Assembly: GCA_900128395.1 (NCBI GenBank)
Contig: LT649289.1
Span: forward strand, 1-45,160
Length of the DNA stretch: 45,160 nt
DNA from: Stramenopiles sp. TOSAG23-2
Lineage: Eukaryota
Direction: 5' to 3'
The notes under the pieces are model-generated. The model saw only the letters and a list, made by a program, of their open reading frames with translations, searched no databases and was not told where the DNA came from. Shown one piece after another: positions 11,557-22,504 of this stretch. Position numbers and translations under genes: made by a program. Numbering within the stretch: the stretch's first letter is position 1; each line of letters opens with the position of its first letter.

Positions 11557-12426
11557 AATATTTGGTATAAAATATATGTTAAAAATTATTATTAAACTGA
11601 TTTGTAAATTTATCAAATAATATTATAATATAATCTTTAAAAAAAAAATCCAAATGTAACGTAATATAATTTCAATAGTGTTATACGATCGTATTTATTA
11701 TTATATATATCTTCCTGATAATTCGTAAAAATATATGTCCAAACAAATATGTATACCACTATAGTATTATATTATACCGGATGATAAATTACGAATAAAG
11801 ATGATATAAAATAAAATAAAACCAACCAAATGTTCGTAAACACAACCAAATGTACGTAATTTTTAATATTATTATATTAAAATTAACAAAAAAATGTTAT
11901 ATATTTTAATATCTTCGTAATGTTCTGTATATGGATAAACGTTTCAACTATAGATATATTATCTTGTTCTACAGTTATATCTCTTAAACAATAATATATA
12001 TTTATATATATTCAACACAGTGGTGATATTACAATTATCTACAACCTCCCCCCCTTGTGTAGATTGTATATCATTATTCATTCATTATATATGATGTGGA
12101 TGGGTAAAGAAGGAGGTGGAAAGTCGTCATTGAAATATTGAAATCCTCTCTTCCACACAAGTCCCTAGATCTACCTATCAAATACTGTATCTATAGTATA
12201 CTAAATCTGTACTTATCGGAAAAATAAGGATATAATAACATTTTCTACTTCGTTCTACTCTTGCCACAGAGTAACTTCGTTCTATCTACGTCTTACCTGT
12301 AAATAAAAGATATCTATTAATATATATATTTGTTGCATTTTATTAGAAAACATACAATAACAATTCTTCAACAAAATAAAATTATAAAAGAGAATACCCT
12401 TCGTCATTCGCTTATCACTACCGACA

Positions 12427-13979
12427 ATGGCATCCCTTGCATTTGATAATGACAAAATTACCGATGGTAATTCCGCTTTTATGGAATTACCAGACGAAGA
12501 AGAAAAAAAAATGCTAGTTCAACTACGTGATGCATTAAAACAAGATATGGAAAGATCGAAATCATGCAAAGAATTTCCAGAGATTGTGTCTGATTATAAA
12601 TTGATTAGATATATACGCGGATATGAAGGGGTCGACGGGGCTGTAGCCGCTTACCGTAAAATGCTACGGACACGTGAAACATATCCTGAAATTTATGACT
12701 ATCGAAAAAATTTAGTAGGGGAAGATATTGAAAATGCCATTGGACCAATGGATTTGTTAAAATATTGCAAAACAGATCAAGAAAGAAAAGAAATGGAGGC
12801 TGTAATTAACATAGGAAAAGAGTTAAATGGTATGACGAGTGATGGGATACCATATATTTATCGTTGTTGGGCCGATACAGAGTTTCAAAATGCCCATGAA
12901 GTTCTTGGTAAAAAACCACAAGAATATTTTCATAAAATTATAAAAAAACCAATACTCGACGGCATCTTGATGGAGTTAAGATTGGATGCTTTAAGTAAAA
13001 AAAATAACAAAATAGCAAGGATGATATGGATAGGAGATTCTACTGGATATAGCTTTTCCAAATTTCGATCAAATATCAAAGATGGTCCTTGGAAAATCTT
13101 TGTTGATCATTACTTTCCTAAAGATGAAAATAATAAAGGTCCATTTGAAACATATGCACCAGAATCAGTTGGAATTATCTTATTGGTTAATACTGTAAGT
13201 AATAAATTGCTTTTCTCGTATTGCTTTTCTCTCGTCAAGATATATGCGATGAATCTCGATCAAATTTTAAATTTCGTTTTCAAAGACATCAAAATTCTAA
13301 CATTAATTTTAATCTTTATATTTATAATAGCCGTGGTATTTGGTAAAAATTTACAATTGGATTATTTTAAATTTCGTTTTCAAAGACATCAAAATTCTAA
13401 CATTAATTTTAATCTTTATATTTATAATAGCCGTGGTATTTGGTAAAAATTTACAATTGGATTATTAAAACATTTTTTCCTGCTCGTGTTCAACAAAAAA
13501 TTGTCGTGTTAGGGAAAGATTATAAAAAGCGACTATTAGCATTCATGGACCCATCATCTGTTGATCGTATTATGAAACACCGTGGCGTTGATGATGAGGA
13601 TGATTTGCCATTAAGCAAACCTGATTTGAAAATGAAAAAAGGAAAGGTAAAAGAAGTACCAGTCTCTGGGAAACCCGGGGATACAATTGAATGGACATTC
13701 AATGTAACCAAAAATACTGTTGATTTTTCTTTAATCTTGTACGTTCCTGGTAAGGATGGTGAAGTGGAAGAACGAATCATCTTAGAACCACAACGATGTA
13801 ATATTGACGATGAAGAAATACAAGGTGATTATGAAATTGAAGATTTAAGTGAAGAAGCTGATAATGGTGGCACCAAAGATACTGAGTATTTGCTAGGCTT
13901 GCGGTTTTCAAATAAACATTCACTGTTAAGAACTACTAAAGTTGCATACGATATAAAAATCACAAAGGAGGAAGATTGA
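12427..13979 (+). CDS. Sec14-like CRAL-TRIO + GOLD domain lipid-binding protein; exons 12427-13194 and 13431-13979 (438 aa)
   Basis: DYKLIRYIRG (CRAL-TRIO N-terminal domain); YAPE...ILLVNT|PWYLVKIYNWIIKTFF...QKIVVLG after splicing GTAAGT(13195)..TAG(13430); GOLD-like IEWTFNV...VDFSL...LRFSNKHSLLRTTKVAY. Confidence 0.88.
13264..13466. repeat. Exact 100-bp tandem duplication spanning an intron 3' end and exon start
   Basis: 13264-13366 repeated at 13364-13466; duplicates the branch point and the acceptor (AG at 13330 and 13430). Confidence 0.92.
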
Positions 13980-13989
13980 AAATATTCCT

Positions 13990-14213
13990 GTTGTGTAACA
14001 GAAGTTTTGAATTAAGTGTCCCAATGAGCCAGTGAACTAAAATTTAAAAAGAAAAAAACTCTATACGAAAACTGTGTATATATTAATCTATTAATCTCAC
14101 AGTTGTGTAACAGAAGTTTTGAATTAAGTGTCCCAATGAGCCAGTGAACTAAAATTTAAAAAGAAAAAAACTCTATACGAAAACTGTGTATATATTAATC
14201 TATTAATCTCACA
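13990..14213. repeat. Exact 112-bp tandem duplication between convergent gene ends
   Basis: 13990-14101 equals 14102-14213. Confidence 0.92.
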
Positions 14214-14378
14214 ATTAAATGTGCGCCAATAACTTAAACATATACGTATATGATATATACACGAAGTTAAGATTATATTTTACTTTTTATTCGTATTAAA
14301 ACGCACAACACAAAAACAAAACACACTTTTTTACACCCGGCGTACTTATTCGTAAACGCACACCACATATATATTATT

Positions 14379-17357
14379 TTACCGCAACAACTTATCTTTT
14401 TCAGTAAATTTAAACAACGTATAATTTTGCATAGCCAAACCAACTTGGTGCAAGATGTTGTCTATTGTCTTACGTTTATTACACTCTTTTGTAAGTAAAA
14501 AATAATATTTTCCGTCTTTTTTAAATGTTATGTTCCCATCTTCCAATAGAACGGATGAAAGTGGTGCTTTAACATGCTTAAATATATTTGAAATATTAAA
14601 TGATTCACAATTTGGATTTATCAAGTACGAGTTTCCACATCTACTTTTTTCATATGGTATTTCCATTTTATTTAATAAATCAGACATGTATAAATATGTA
14701 TGATCTTCATTTTCTAATGATAAAAGTTCTTCTACTTCGTTTAATTGATTGGAAAGCATGTCATATTTATCATCATCAATATCTACTATCACGGTAGAAT
14801 GATTCCCATCTAATTTTTGCATCATGAAATCCAATTCATCACTAAAATCATCACCATCATTCTGTGCTATATTATCAATATTATCATTATCCAACTCAAC
14901 CTCTTCTTCCGCTTCAACTATATCCATTTTCTCTACATTCAACAAAGGAAAATTGTTTTTGTCAAAATATTCAATTTCATTTATGATAATTTTCTTACTG
15001 TTTTTCTTTATTGTACTTGTAGCAAATGAATCTAACAATAATCGTTGTTGTAACATGAAGATAAATTTATCATTTTTAAATTTATTTGGTGCATTATAAG
15101 TTGTATAATTTAAATCTCGTTGATAATGTTTTAGCCTTAATTTACTTTGATTGATATCTACATGGCTGCGGTACTTTTCTATTGAGTTTCCCATATTTAT
15201 CATTATTTCATCAATCTGCTCTTGTACAATCAATTTCAAATCATCATCATCTACTGTTTCAACTGCTTTCAATACATTTAGCATGGAAAAATGCAAATAA
15301 AATGATTTTCCAATATACTTAAATGTTGCTCCATGAAAAACATCATTATATATATTACATGCAATTTCCCATTCCCCCGCATTGCCACAAGCAGTAATTA
15401 TACTATTTACAATATAAAGAGGTAGTAAAGTTCTAGAAAGATTCGCTTCGTGAACAATGGTATAATAAATGTCTAATGCTTTTTCCCAGTCATTATATTT
15501 ACCACATATGTCAATCAATGCTACGCAACCATGTGGATCATGTAGACGATTATATGCGATTTGAACAAAATTCCCAAATTTATAAGAGGGCTGTGGTTTG
15601 TTCTTATATTCATCACTATTTACATATTCCTTCTGTAAGCCAAATGCCTTACTACTTTCAAACCTACCAGTTTTTGTAACAATACCCAATTTTACGAACT
15701 TTTCATATCCTTCATTAAATTTTCCTACCTTACCATACACATCAACAAGTCCAGCTACAATGTTCAGATCTATTCTATTTGTCCCTTGTAAACCTGTCAA
15801 TAAATTTGCTGCCATGATTTCCATTGCTTCATAGTGTTTATTATCTGCAAGTGCATGAATAACTTTTAACGATTCACGATGATTTTCATGGACATTTACA
15901 TCACTAGATATTTCATTCTGATGATAACTATCCTTCCATGAAATTAAATTCTTATTTGTTTTTAAAACTGTATGCAACATTGTGTTTGCAACGTCAAATT
16001 TATCATTGCGGATTAAATATGCAAAAACATTATGCAATGTAATGTTGTCCATTTTTATTTTGTATTTACAGTGTAATTTGGCCCAATTTAAAAAATGTTT
16101 CTCATTATTCACTAAAAATATATCATTCAGAACAAGCCACTCCGTCATTTGTATAAACAATTCTTCATCTGGTTTTACTTTTAAATATGTTTCCATATGT
16201 TCAAATAAATAAAATGCATGATCAATCAATCCAATTCGTACTAATACTTCTATCATTGCAGTAAATGATTTTATACCAATATCATATGGCAAATCATTGT
16301 TATAAAGTTTTTCAAGAAATACATTATATAAATTGGTCACATGCGTTGCATTAAATGTCTTAAATTTTTTAACTTCGTTAATAAGCTCTGCAAACATTTC
16401 ATCATTTGCTTGAATATTACTTTCATTATATGCAATATCCTCTTTGAAATCAATAAATAATTGATGAATGGATGAACGCGATTCTAGAATGTGATTTAAT
16501 GAAAGATTAAAACTATGAACACTTTGATCTTTTGGATTTTTCAACATTAATATACGATCATTGGCACCTTCCTCTTCTTCTTCTCTCAGCTTCTTTTGTT
16601 TTTTTGCCATTTGATTTTGTGAAAAACTACGAAATTTTTGGTCGGGTTCTTTGTCTTCTTCATCATCATCTATTTCTTCTTCGACCCGCATGTCTTCTTC
16701 TCTTATTTTTTTTTCTTTTTTTATCTTTTGATTTTGTAATTTTATTTGTTGTCTAAGAGTCGCATTATTACGAAAATTATATATGCTAAAATATTTCAAG
16801 TTTTTAAAATCACGAATACCTTTCGATAATATTTCATTTTTTTCTTCTTGTTCCCTTTGCATTTGCATCTCCTCTATCGATAAGGAGGAGCCAAAATCAG
16901 GACTGGTATTAATCATATTATCAAAATCATCCGAATCAATACTATCAAAAGCAAATTCTGTGTCAATCTGATCAAAGTTAGAACTTTCTTCTTCATCAAT
17001 ATTGGTATCATAATTATCAAATGGAAAAAACATGTCGTTTTCATTATCAAGGTTTAATTCTTCCTCTAAATCAAGTAATTCTCGTTCTAAACTTTGTATT
17101 TCTTTTTCGATCTTAATCAATTCTTTGTCTTTAACTTCTTCCTCCAATGCTGAAATTTTCTTTAAATGTTTGTCGTTATCCTCGCTATTTTCTTCTTTTA
17201 CATTATCATCATCATCTTCACCATCGCTAGTAGATGAACCCATCACTACATTTGTTGAAAATAAACGACGTGGGTGGCCCGTCACTACATTTGTTGAAAA
17301 TAAACGACGTGGGTGGTGGTAACGATATGATAGAAATTGTTTGACGATAGACTGCAT
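14379..17357 (-). CDS. Pentatricopeptide-repeat (PPR) protein, probably mitochondrial (~992 aa)
   Basis: Presequence-like MQSIVKQFLSYRYHHPRRLFS, then an acidic region; PPR-like motifs SFTAMIEVLVRIGLIDHAFYLFEHM...KPDE, CVALIDICGKYNDWEKALDIY, IVNSIITACGNAGEWEIACNIY. Confidence 0.8.
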   Translation of the reverse strand: MQSIVKQFLSYRYHHPRRLFSTNVVTGHPRRLFSTNVVMGSSTSDGEDDDDNVKEENSEDNDKHLKKISALEEEVKDKELIKIEKEIQSLERELLDLEEELNLDNENDMFFPFDNYDTNIDEEESSNFDQIDTEFAFDSIDSDDFDNMINTSPDFGSSLSIEEMQMQREQEEKNEILSKGIRDFKNLKYFSIYNFRNNATLRQQIKLQNQKIKKEKKIREEDMRVEEEIDDDEEDKEPDQKFRSFSQNQMAKKQKKLREEEEEGANDRILMLKNPKDQSVHSFNLSLNHILESRSSIHQLFIDFKEDIAYNESNIQANDEMFAELINEVKKFKTFNATHVTNLYNVFLEKLYNNDLPYDIGIKSFTAMIEVLVRIGLIDHAFYLFEHMETYLKVKPDEELFIQMTEWLVLNDIFLVNNEKHFLNWAKLHCKYKIKMDNITLHNVFAYLIRNDKFDVANTMLHTVLKTNKNLISWKDSYHQNEISSDVNVHENHRESLKVIHALADNKHYEAMEIMAANLLTGLQGTNRIDLNIVAGLVDVYGKVGKFNEGYEKFVKLGIVTKTGRFESSKAFGLQKEYVNSDEYKNKPQPSYKFGNFVQIAYNRLHDPHGCVALIDICGKYNDWEKALDIYYTIVHEANLSRTLLPLYIVNSIITACGNAGEWEIACNIYNDVFHGATFKYIGKSFYLHFSMLNVLKAVETVDDDDLKLIVQEQIDEIMINMGNSIEKYRSHVDINQSKLRLKHYQRDLNYTTYNAPNKFKNDKFIFMLQQRLLLDSFATSTIKKNSKKIIINEIEYFDKNNFPLLNVEKMDIVEAEEEVELDNDNIDNIAQNDGDDFSDELDFMMQKLDGNHSTVIVDIDDDKYDMLSNQLNEVEELLSLENEDHTYLYMSDLLNKMEIPYEKSRCGNSYLINPNCESFNISNIFKHVKAPLSSVLLEDGNITFKKDGKYYFLLTKECNKRKTIDNILHQVGLAMQNYTLFKFTEKDKLLR

Positions 17358-17559
17358 CTTTTGCTTTAATATTTTGACATGTATTTGTATCATCGCTAGT
17401 AGATGAACCCATCACTACATTTGTTGAAAATAAACGACGTGGGTGGCCCGTCACTACATTTGTTGAAAATAAACGACGTGGGTGGTGGTAACGATATGAT
17501 AAAAATCGTTTGACGATAGACTTCATCTTTTGCTTTAATATTTTGACATGTATTTGTAT
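17222..17559. repeat. 169-bp tandem duplication of the PPR gene 5' end, each copy with an internal 36-bp repeat
   Basis: 17222-17390 vs 17391-17559, about 3 mismatches (MQSIVKQF vs MKSIVKRF); HPRRLFSTNVV is encoded twice in each copy. Confidence 0.92.
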
Positions 17560-17782
17560 TTATAATTGTATCTGTTCCATCTGTTTTCTCTTTCTTCTAT
17601 CGATTATGTATATTTTCATTTTCTTTTTCTTCGATTATTATTGATTCTTCAGACAGAAATGGTTGGTGATGATATTCCATGTTGTGTGCTTGTTATGATG
17701 AAAAAGTATATAGTATTACTGTATATATTATAATATAGGCATAGCATTATAAGACAGGGACACAGCACAGAAACCCTGATAT

Positions 17783-18031
17783 TTACACTAAAGGACGTTT
17801 CCATTTTCCAGTGAGGTCCGTAATATCCCTTTTTACCTCCGTAATATCATCACGTACTAGCACCCAATCAAGAGGAATTCGATCTGATTCGTGACCTTCC
17901 CATTCGCCCTTTTCCCATATCACGGTAATTGTATCTCCCTCAATGGATTTAATCATAGCATTGTGCCATGTGAAAGTGTCCGAATCTGTAGCGTTCTGCC
18001 ACCGTACTTTACAGTTTTGCCCAATATGCAT
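17783..18031 (-). CDS. Small Tudor/SH3-like beta-barrel protein or gene fragment (82 aa)
   Basis: Pattern IGQNCKVRW...TWHNAMIKSIEGDTITVIW...DRIPLDWV resembles Tudor/Agenet domains (judged by eye). Confidence 0.45.
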   Translation of the reverse strand: MHIGQNCKVRWQNATDSDTFTWHNAMIKSIEGDTITVIWEKGEWEGHESDRIPLDWVLVRDDITEVKRDITDLTGKWKRPLV

Positions 18032-18223
18032 ATCTGGATTTTTTTTTTAAGCCGTAAATATCGTTATTTAAATTTCTTTTCAAAAAAATACACCCCATTT
18101 TTTTTTTCGTGTCAGATACGTTGTATGAACCAAATAAACATATATACGGACGTCATATATGGCGTAGGCGAGGTAATAAACGTTCCGGTGGTTTAAATAA
18201 TTGTATTATTCGAAATATAAAAG

Positions 18224-18930
18224 CATGTTGACGGAAAGGTGTATGTGTTGCAAATTGTTGATCGAAATAGTCGTGTGGATAATAAAATATTGGAGGATAA
18301 AATGGAAGAAGTATTGGGAAAACATTGTCAGTATCTCAAAAGGGTATATCCAGAATATAAAAAAAGTAATCATAAAGCTAAAAAAAGAATTAATGTGTCT
18401 GATGATGAAAATGAGAAAGCCGATGATGAGAAAGCTGTTGATGCGGAACCTGATCATTTACCTGAAACATTTGCAATAGTTAATACAGCACTTATGGATA
18501 TCAGCGTTAACGATGATTGGAGGCCACTCTGAACTCTGATTGGAGGCCACTCCATTCAGAGTTCAAGGGCAAAGCTAATGTGTTTTTAGTCAATGCTTAT
18601 AATACAGGATTCTTAATAAAACAGTATATGGCATTAAATAATATCTCAAGACACCATACAGGTATTCGCATTTGCAAAGATAAAGTTATAATGGGTATAT
18701 GCATCAAGGTACATGGAATGGGTTTCATTCTCCACGTTACCATAAAATAGAATTCCTCCCATGGCATCTGCCAAACAACTTTAAAAATGATTTGGAAAAG
18801 CAACGGAAAGATTTTTTTATATAAATTCAAACCATTAGATGAGATGAAAGGAAATGAAATATATAGTGTTGAATTTAAAGGTAAACGTTCCTTACAACCA
18901 AAGCTAAAAATAACAAATGGATATAGTTGA
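18224..18930 (+). pseudogene. Frameshifted coding-like relic of unknown family
   Basis: Successive protein-like frames (VYVLQIVDRN...DDWRPL / HSEFKGKANVFLVNAY / YNGYMHQGTWNGFHSPRY / FLYKFKPLDEMKG), broken by a 23-bp insertion and further shifts. Confidence 0.4.
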
Positions 18931-19355
18931 GAGTTGATACTAGCTAGAAACTTCAATCGTTATAGATTGAGTTTCTCATTTCGGAATAGATTACTTTAGT
19001 TGGTTCAATTGGCATTAGTGCTGTGTCTAATATTAGTTCGATAGTATGCATATAGCATTAGATATAGTTTTAGGATAAATGGCTAAATTCCTTAAAAAAC
19101 ATGTATGTAAAAATTTGAATAATATAAAAGTGTAAGAAATAACTAACTATGGTAGCACTATACACCATTACCATTTTTTAGAGATTATATCCCAACATAA
19201 TACACAAAAAAAATACAAACAACAACAAATAAAGTGAAATCAATTCTATTGTAAGAGAAGAAAAGGAATTATTGTAGCTGTGTATGTGTATATATTTATA
19301 CATGACTTTATACATGTATATATTTATTCCAATTCATTCATTTATATTAACAAAG

Positions 19356-20978
19356 ATGTCAGCAATTACCAGTTCAAATAATAATAATAATAATAATAAC
19401 GACAACACAAATAACGTCCCATTTGCGTGTGGAACAACAGCAGAAGGTGAAAAAAACGACAATGTTGACATGTTAAGCAATCTGATAAACAATGTATCAC
19501 TAGGTGCAAAATTACATAATTTAAATTTTCAAATGCATCAAGAATCACGAAATCGTTTAGTTGAACGTTTTAAAACAGATGCGACGGTACCCGCAGGTTC
19601 AGTTATTTTAATGCAAGGTGGATGCAGTGAGACACGACATGAAACGGACCACGAAAAATTGTTTCGCCAAGAAAGCAGTTTTAATTATTTATTTGGTGTC
19701 AAAGAACCAGATTGTTATGCCTCGATTGATGTTGACTCTGGAAAAACCACGTTGTACGTACCAAGATTACCAGAAGACTATGCTATATGGATGGGTGAAA
19801 TTAAACCACCATCTTTTTATTTAAATCATTATCAAGTAGATGAATGTTTATTTGTTGATGAATTAAAAGATGATTTATTGAAAAAAGCAAAGTTATTGTA
19901 TTTATCACGTGGTTACAATACAGACAGTGGGAACTATGCAACTCCTGCTACGTTTGATGGAATCGATGAATTTCAATCCAATACGGATAAATTATATTAC
20001 GACATTGTTGAATGTCGTGTTATAAAATCAGAGAAAGAATTGGAATTATTACGTTATATTAATGACATTGCAAGTGATGCACATTTAGAAGTGATGAGAC
20101 GTGCAAGGCCTGGTATGCAAGAATTTCAATTAGAAAGTTTATTTAAACATTATTGCTATTTCTCTGGTGGTTGTCGTATGGATGCATATACTGCCATTGT
20201 TGGTTGTGGATGCAATAGTGCTACATTACATTACGGCCATGCAGGTGCACCAAATGATTTTGTAATAAAAGATGCAGATATGTGTTTATTAGATATGGGT
20301 ACGGAATACCATTGCTACACGTCGGATATTACATGTTCCTTTCCTGCTGATGGTAAATTTAGTGCAGATCAAAAAGCTATATTCGAAGCCGTTCAAGCAG
20401 CTCAAGAACATGTTATGAGTGCAATGAAACCTGGCGTGAATATGATGGATATGCATATATTATCTTATCGCGTAATATGTGAACATTTAGAACGTATTGG
20501 CATATTACGAAATGGTAATATTGATTTATACATGGAAAAGAATTTAGCTGGATATTTCATGCCACATGGTTTAGGACATTTTTTAGGATTGGATACGCAT
20601 GATGTTGGGGGAATACCAAAGGATCTAGTAGATAAACGACCGAAAGAACTTGGATATAAGAGTTTGCGTTGTTTACGTGTATTGGAAAAAGGGATGGTAC
20701 TCACAGTCGAACCGGGTGTTTATTTTGTGGATATTTTAATGAATAAATTATTAAATAATGAAAATGATTTATTGCAATATATTAATCCAGATGTATTAAA
20801 ACGTTTTCGTGGTTTTGGTGGTGTAAGACTTGAAGATGATGTTATTATAACGGAGGATGGATGTGAAAATATGACAAATTGTCCAAGAACAGTGGAAGAT
20901 GTTGAAAAAGTTATGAATGGAACGATTACGGAACGTGGTCAATTGAAAAAATTATTTTATCGATTATCAAAATATTGA
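19356..20978 (+). CDS. PEPD: Xaa-Pro dipeptidase (prolidase, peptidase M24B)
   Basis: FRQESSFNYLFGV, CLLDMGTEYHCYTSDITCSFP, PHGLGHFLGLDTHDVGG, VLTVEPGVYF, GGVRLEDD, CPRTVEDVE; likely start MSAITS at 19356. Confidence 0.95.
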   Translation: MSAITSSNNNNNNNNDNTNNVPFACGTTAEGEKNDNVDMLSNLINNVSLGAKLHNLNFQMHQESRNRLVERFKTDATVPAGSVILMQGGCSETRHETDHEKLFRQESSFNYLFGVKEPDCYASIDVDSGKTTLYVPRLPEDYAIWMGEIKPPSFYLNHYQVDECLFVDELKDDLLKKAKLLYLSRGYNTDSGNYATPATFDGIDEFQSNTDKLYYDIVECRVIKSEKELELLRYINDIASDAHLEVMRRARPGMQEFQLESLFKHYCYFSGGCRMDAYTAIVGCGCNSATLHYGHAGAPNDFVIKDADMCLLDMGTEYHCYTSDITCSFPADGKFSADQKAIFEAVQAAQEHVMSAMKPGVNMMDMHILSYRVICEHLERIGILRNGNIDLYMEKNLAGYFMPHGLGHFLGLDTHDVGGIPKDLVDKRPKELGYKSLRCLRVLEKGMVLTVEPGVYFVDILMNKLLNNENDLLQYINPDVLKRFRGFGGVRLEDDVIITEDGCENMTNCPRTVEDVEKVMNGTITERGQLKKLFYRLSKY

Positions 20979-20993
20979 ACGTGTAAAAAAGGA

Positions 20994-21205
20994 GAGAAGA
21001 AGGGAAGAAAAAGAAAGAAAAGGGGAGTGTGTGTGTGTGTGTGTGTGTAAATATTTAATTCGTACCCCTGTGAGTGTCATCTTCGCAAGAGTNNNNNNNN
21101 NNNNNNGAGAAGAAGGGAAGAAAAAGAAAGAAAAGGGGAGTGTGTGTGTGTGTGTGTGTGTAAATATTTAATTCGTACCCCTGTGAGTGTCATCTTCGCA
21201 AGAGT
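20994..21205. other. Scaffold gap (14 N, 21093-21106) flanked by an identical 99-bp overlap; assembly artefact
   Basis: 20994-21092 equals 21107-21205 and contains a (GT)n microsatellite. Confidence 0.92.
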
Positions 21206-21544
21206 GTAAGAATGAGATATAAATGTACGAGGTGTAGTTTAGGTAGAGCGAGAATACTCAACAGAGAGACTTTTGCTGTTTAAAAAATTTAAAATTTTTT
21301 TATAAAATTTAATACGAACCCCGTACGTAAAATAAAATTTTAGATTTTTTTCTACTTTTTTGTTGATCTTCCTCGCAATAATATTGACATGTGTGGTTGA
21401 AATTTCGTTGTTAATGTACAATTTAAGGGAAAGGAGCGTTTCCAATTATCAATCGCTAAAATGTCTTCCCTATTTTTTTCACTTTTATATTATTACATTA
21501 TTGCATTGACATATGACACAAACAGGTCACACATTTTTACTTTC

Positions 21545-21843
21545 TCATGCACGTTGATATAAATAATTATAGAACCCAACCAATCCTCTACCAGTGGAAC
21601 AATCAATTTCTAAAATTGGTATAGATGATGTTGCGTCTAATTTTGATCGCAATTCCTCTTCTGACATTGCATTTATTTGATCTTTTTTATCAACATAATT
21701 TCATAATTAAATGAATCAGTCGGATCGAATATTGGATTTGCATTTCTCAATCTCATTTTATATAATAATGATGTTTTCCCTGATGATTCACTGCCAAGGA
21801 AGACGACATTTAATTTCTTTTTTTTCGTATTATTACATCCCAT
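21545..21843 (-). pseudogene. Arf/Arl-like small GTPase with internal deletion and frameshift
   Basis: Hand translation: MGCNNTKKKKLNVVFLGSESSGKTSLLYKMRL...PTDSFNYEI (P-loop and switch I), then a shifted frame YVDKKDQINAMSEEELRSKL...IDCSTGRGL...* (G4/G5). The DxxG (G3) segment is absent. Confidence 0.8.
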
Positions 21844-22504
21844 TTTTTTTTTTAATTTGTTTTTTTTCTTCCTCTTCTCTCTATTGGATATATAATAAAT
21901 AAAATATTATATACTACAACACAATAATTTTTACATACACATAGAATAAAATAAAAAAACGATAAACAATGATACACGTTCTCAATTAATAATGCTTGTG
22001 TTGCTTATTTAAAACACACACACATATATATATATATACACACACAATCTGTCGTCTCTCTATCTATTCCACTTTGCACATTAGAGCTTGTCTAGAAGAA
22101 TATAAATAAAATGTACATATTCATGGGGATATATACATGTATATTTTTTATGAAGAAAAACCTTATACTGTGGGAAGAATTTTTATGACAAAAAAAAATA
22201 TGTGCATGCCAGCATGATGTTATTAGTATGCTATCTGGCCCAGCTGGCTATCACAAGGGGTGTTCATTTTCTAAAATGGCACATGAGTTGTTATGTCCAA
22301 ATAAATTACCATAATGTCATTTTTATACTCTATTTTCATAAATATTAACAAATTTCCGCCAAAATGTTCCTACTATCGTCGTCTACGAGTTATGAGTTAT
22401 GAGTCCATTATCCATTATCCATTATTAGAATTATGAATTACCACCGGTGGTACTCTATTTTATGGAAATAGCTTGAATGATGACTATAATATGAATTAGA
22501 ATGA

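Noticed and set aside
13990-14213. 112-bp exact tandem duplication as a functional element
   Set aside because: Perfect identity and a size similar to the other overlaps; cannot be told from an assembly artefact without reads.
20994-21205. 99-bp direct repeat as LTR or TSD
   Set aside because: Identical copies directly flank an N gap, typical of an unmerged contig overlap.
21270-21352. AT-rich imperfect inverted repeat
   Set aside because: Almost entirely A/T runs, expected by chance at this composition.
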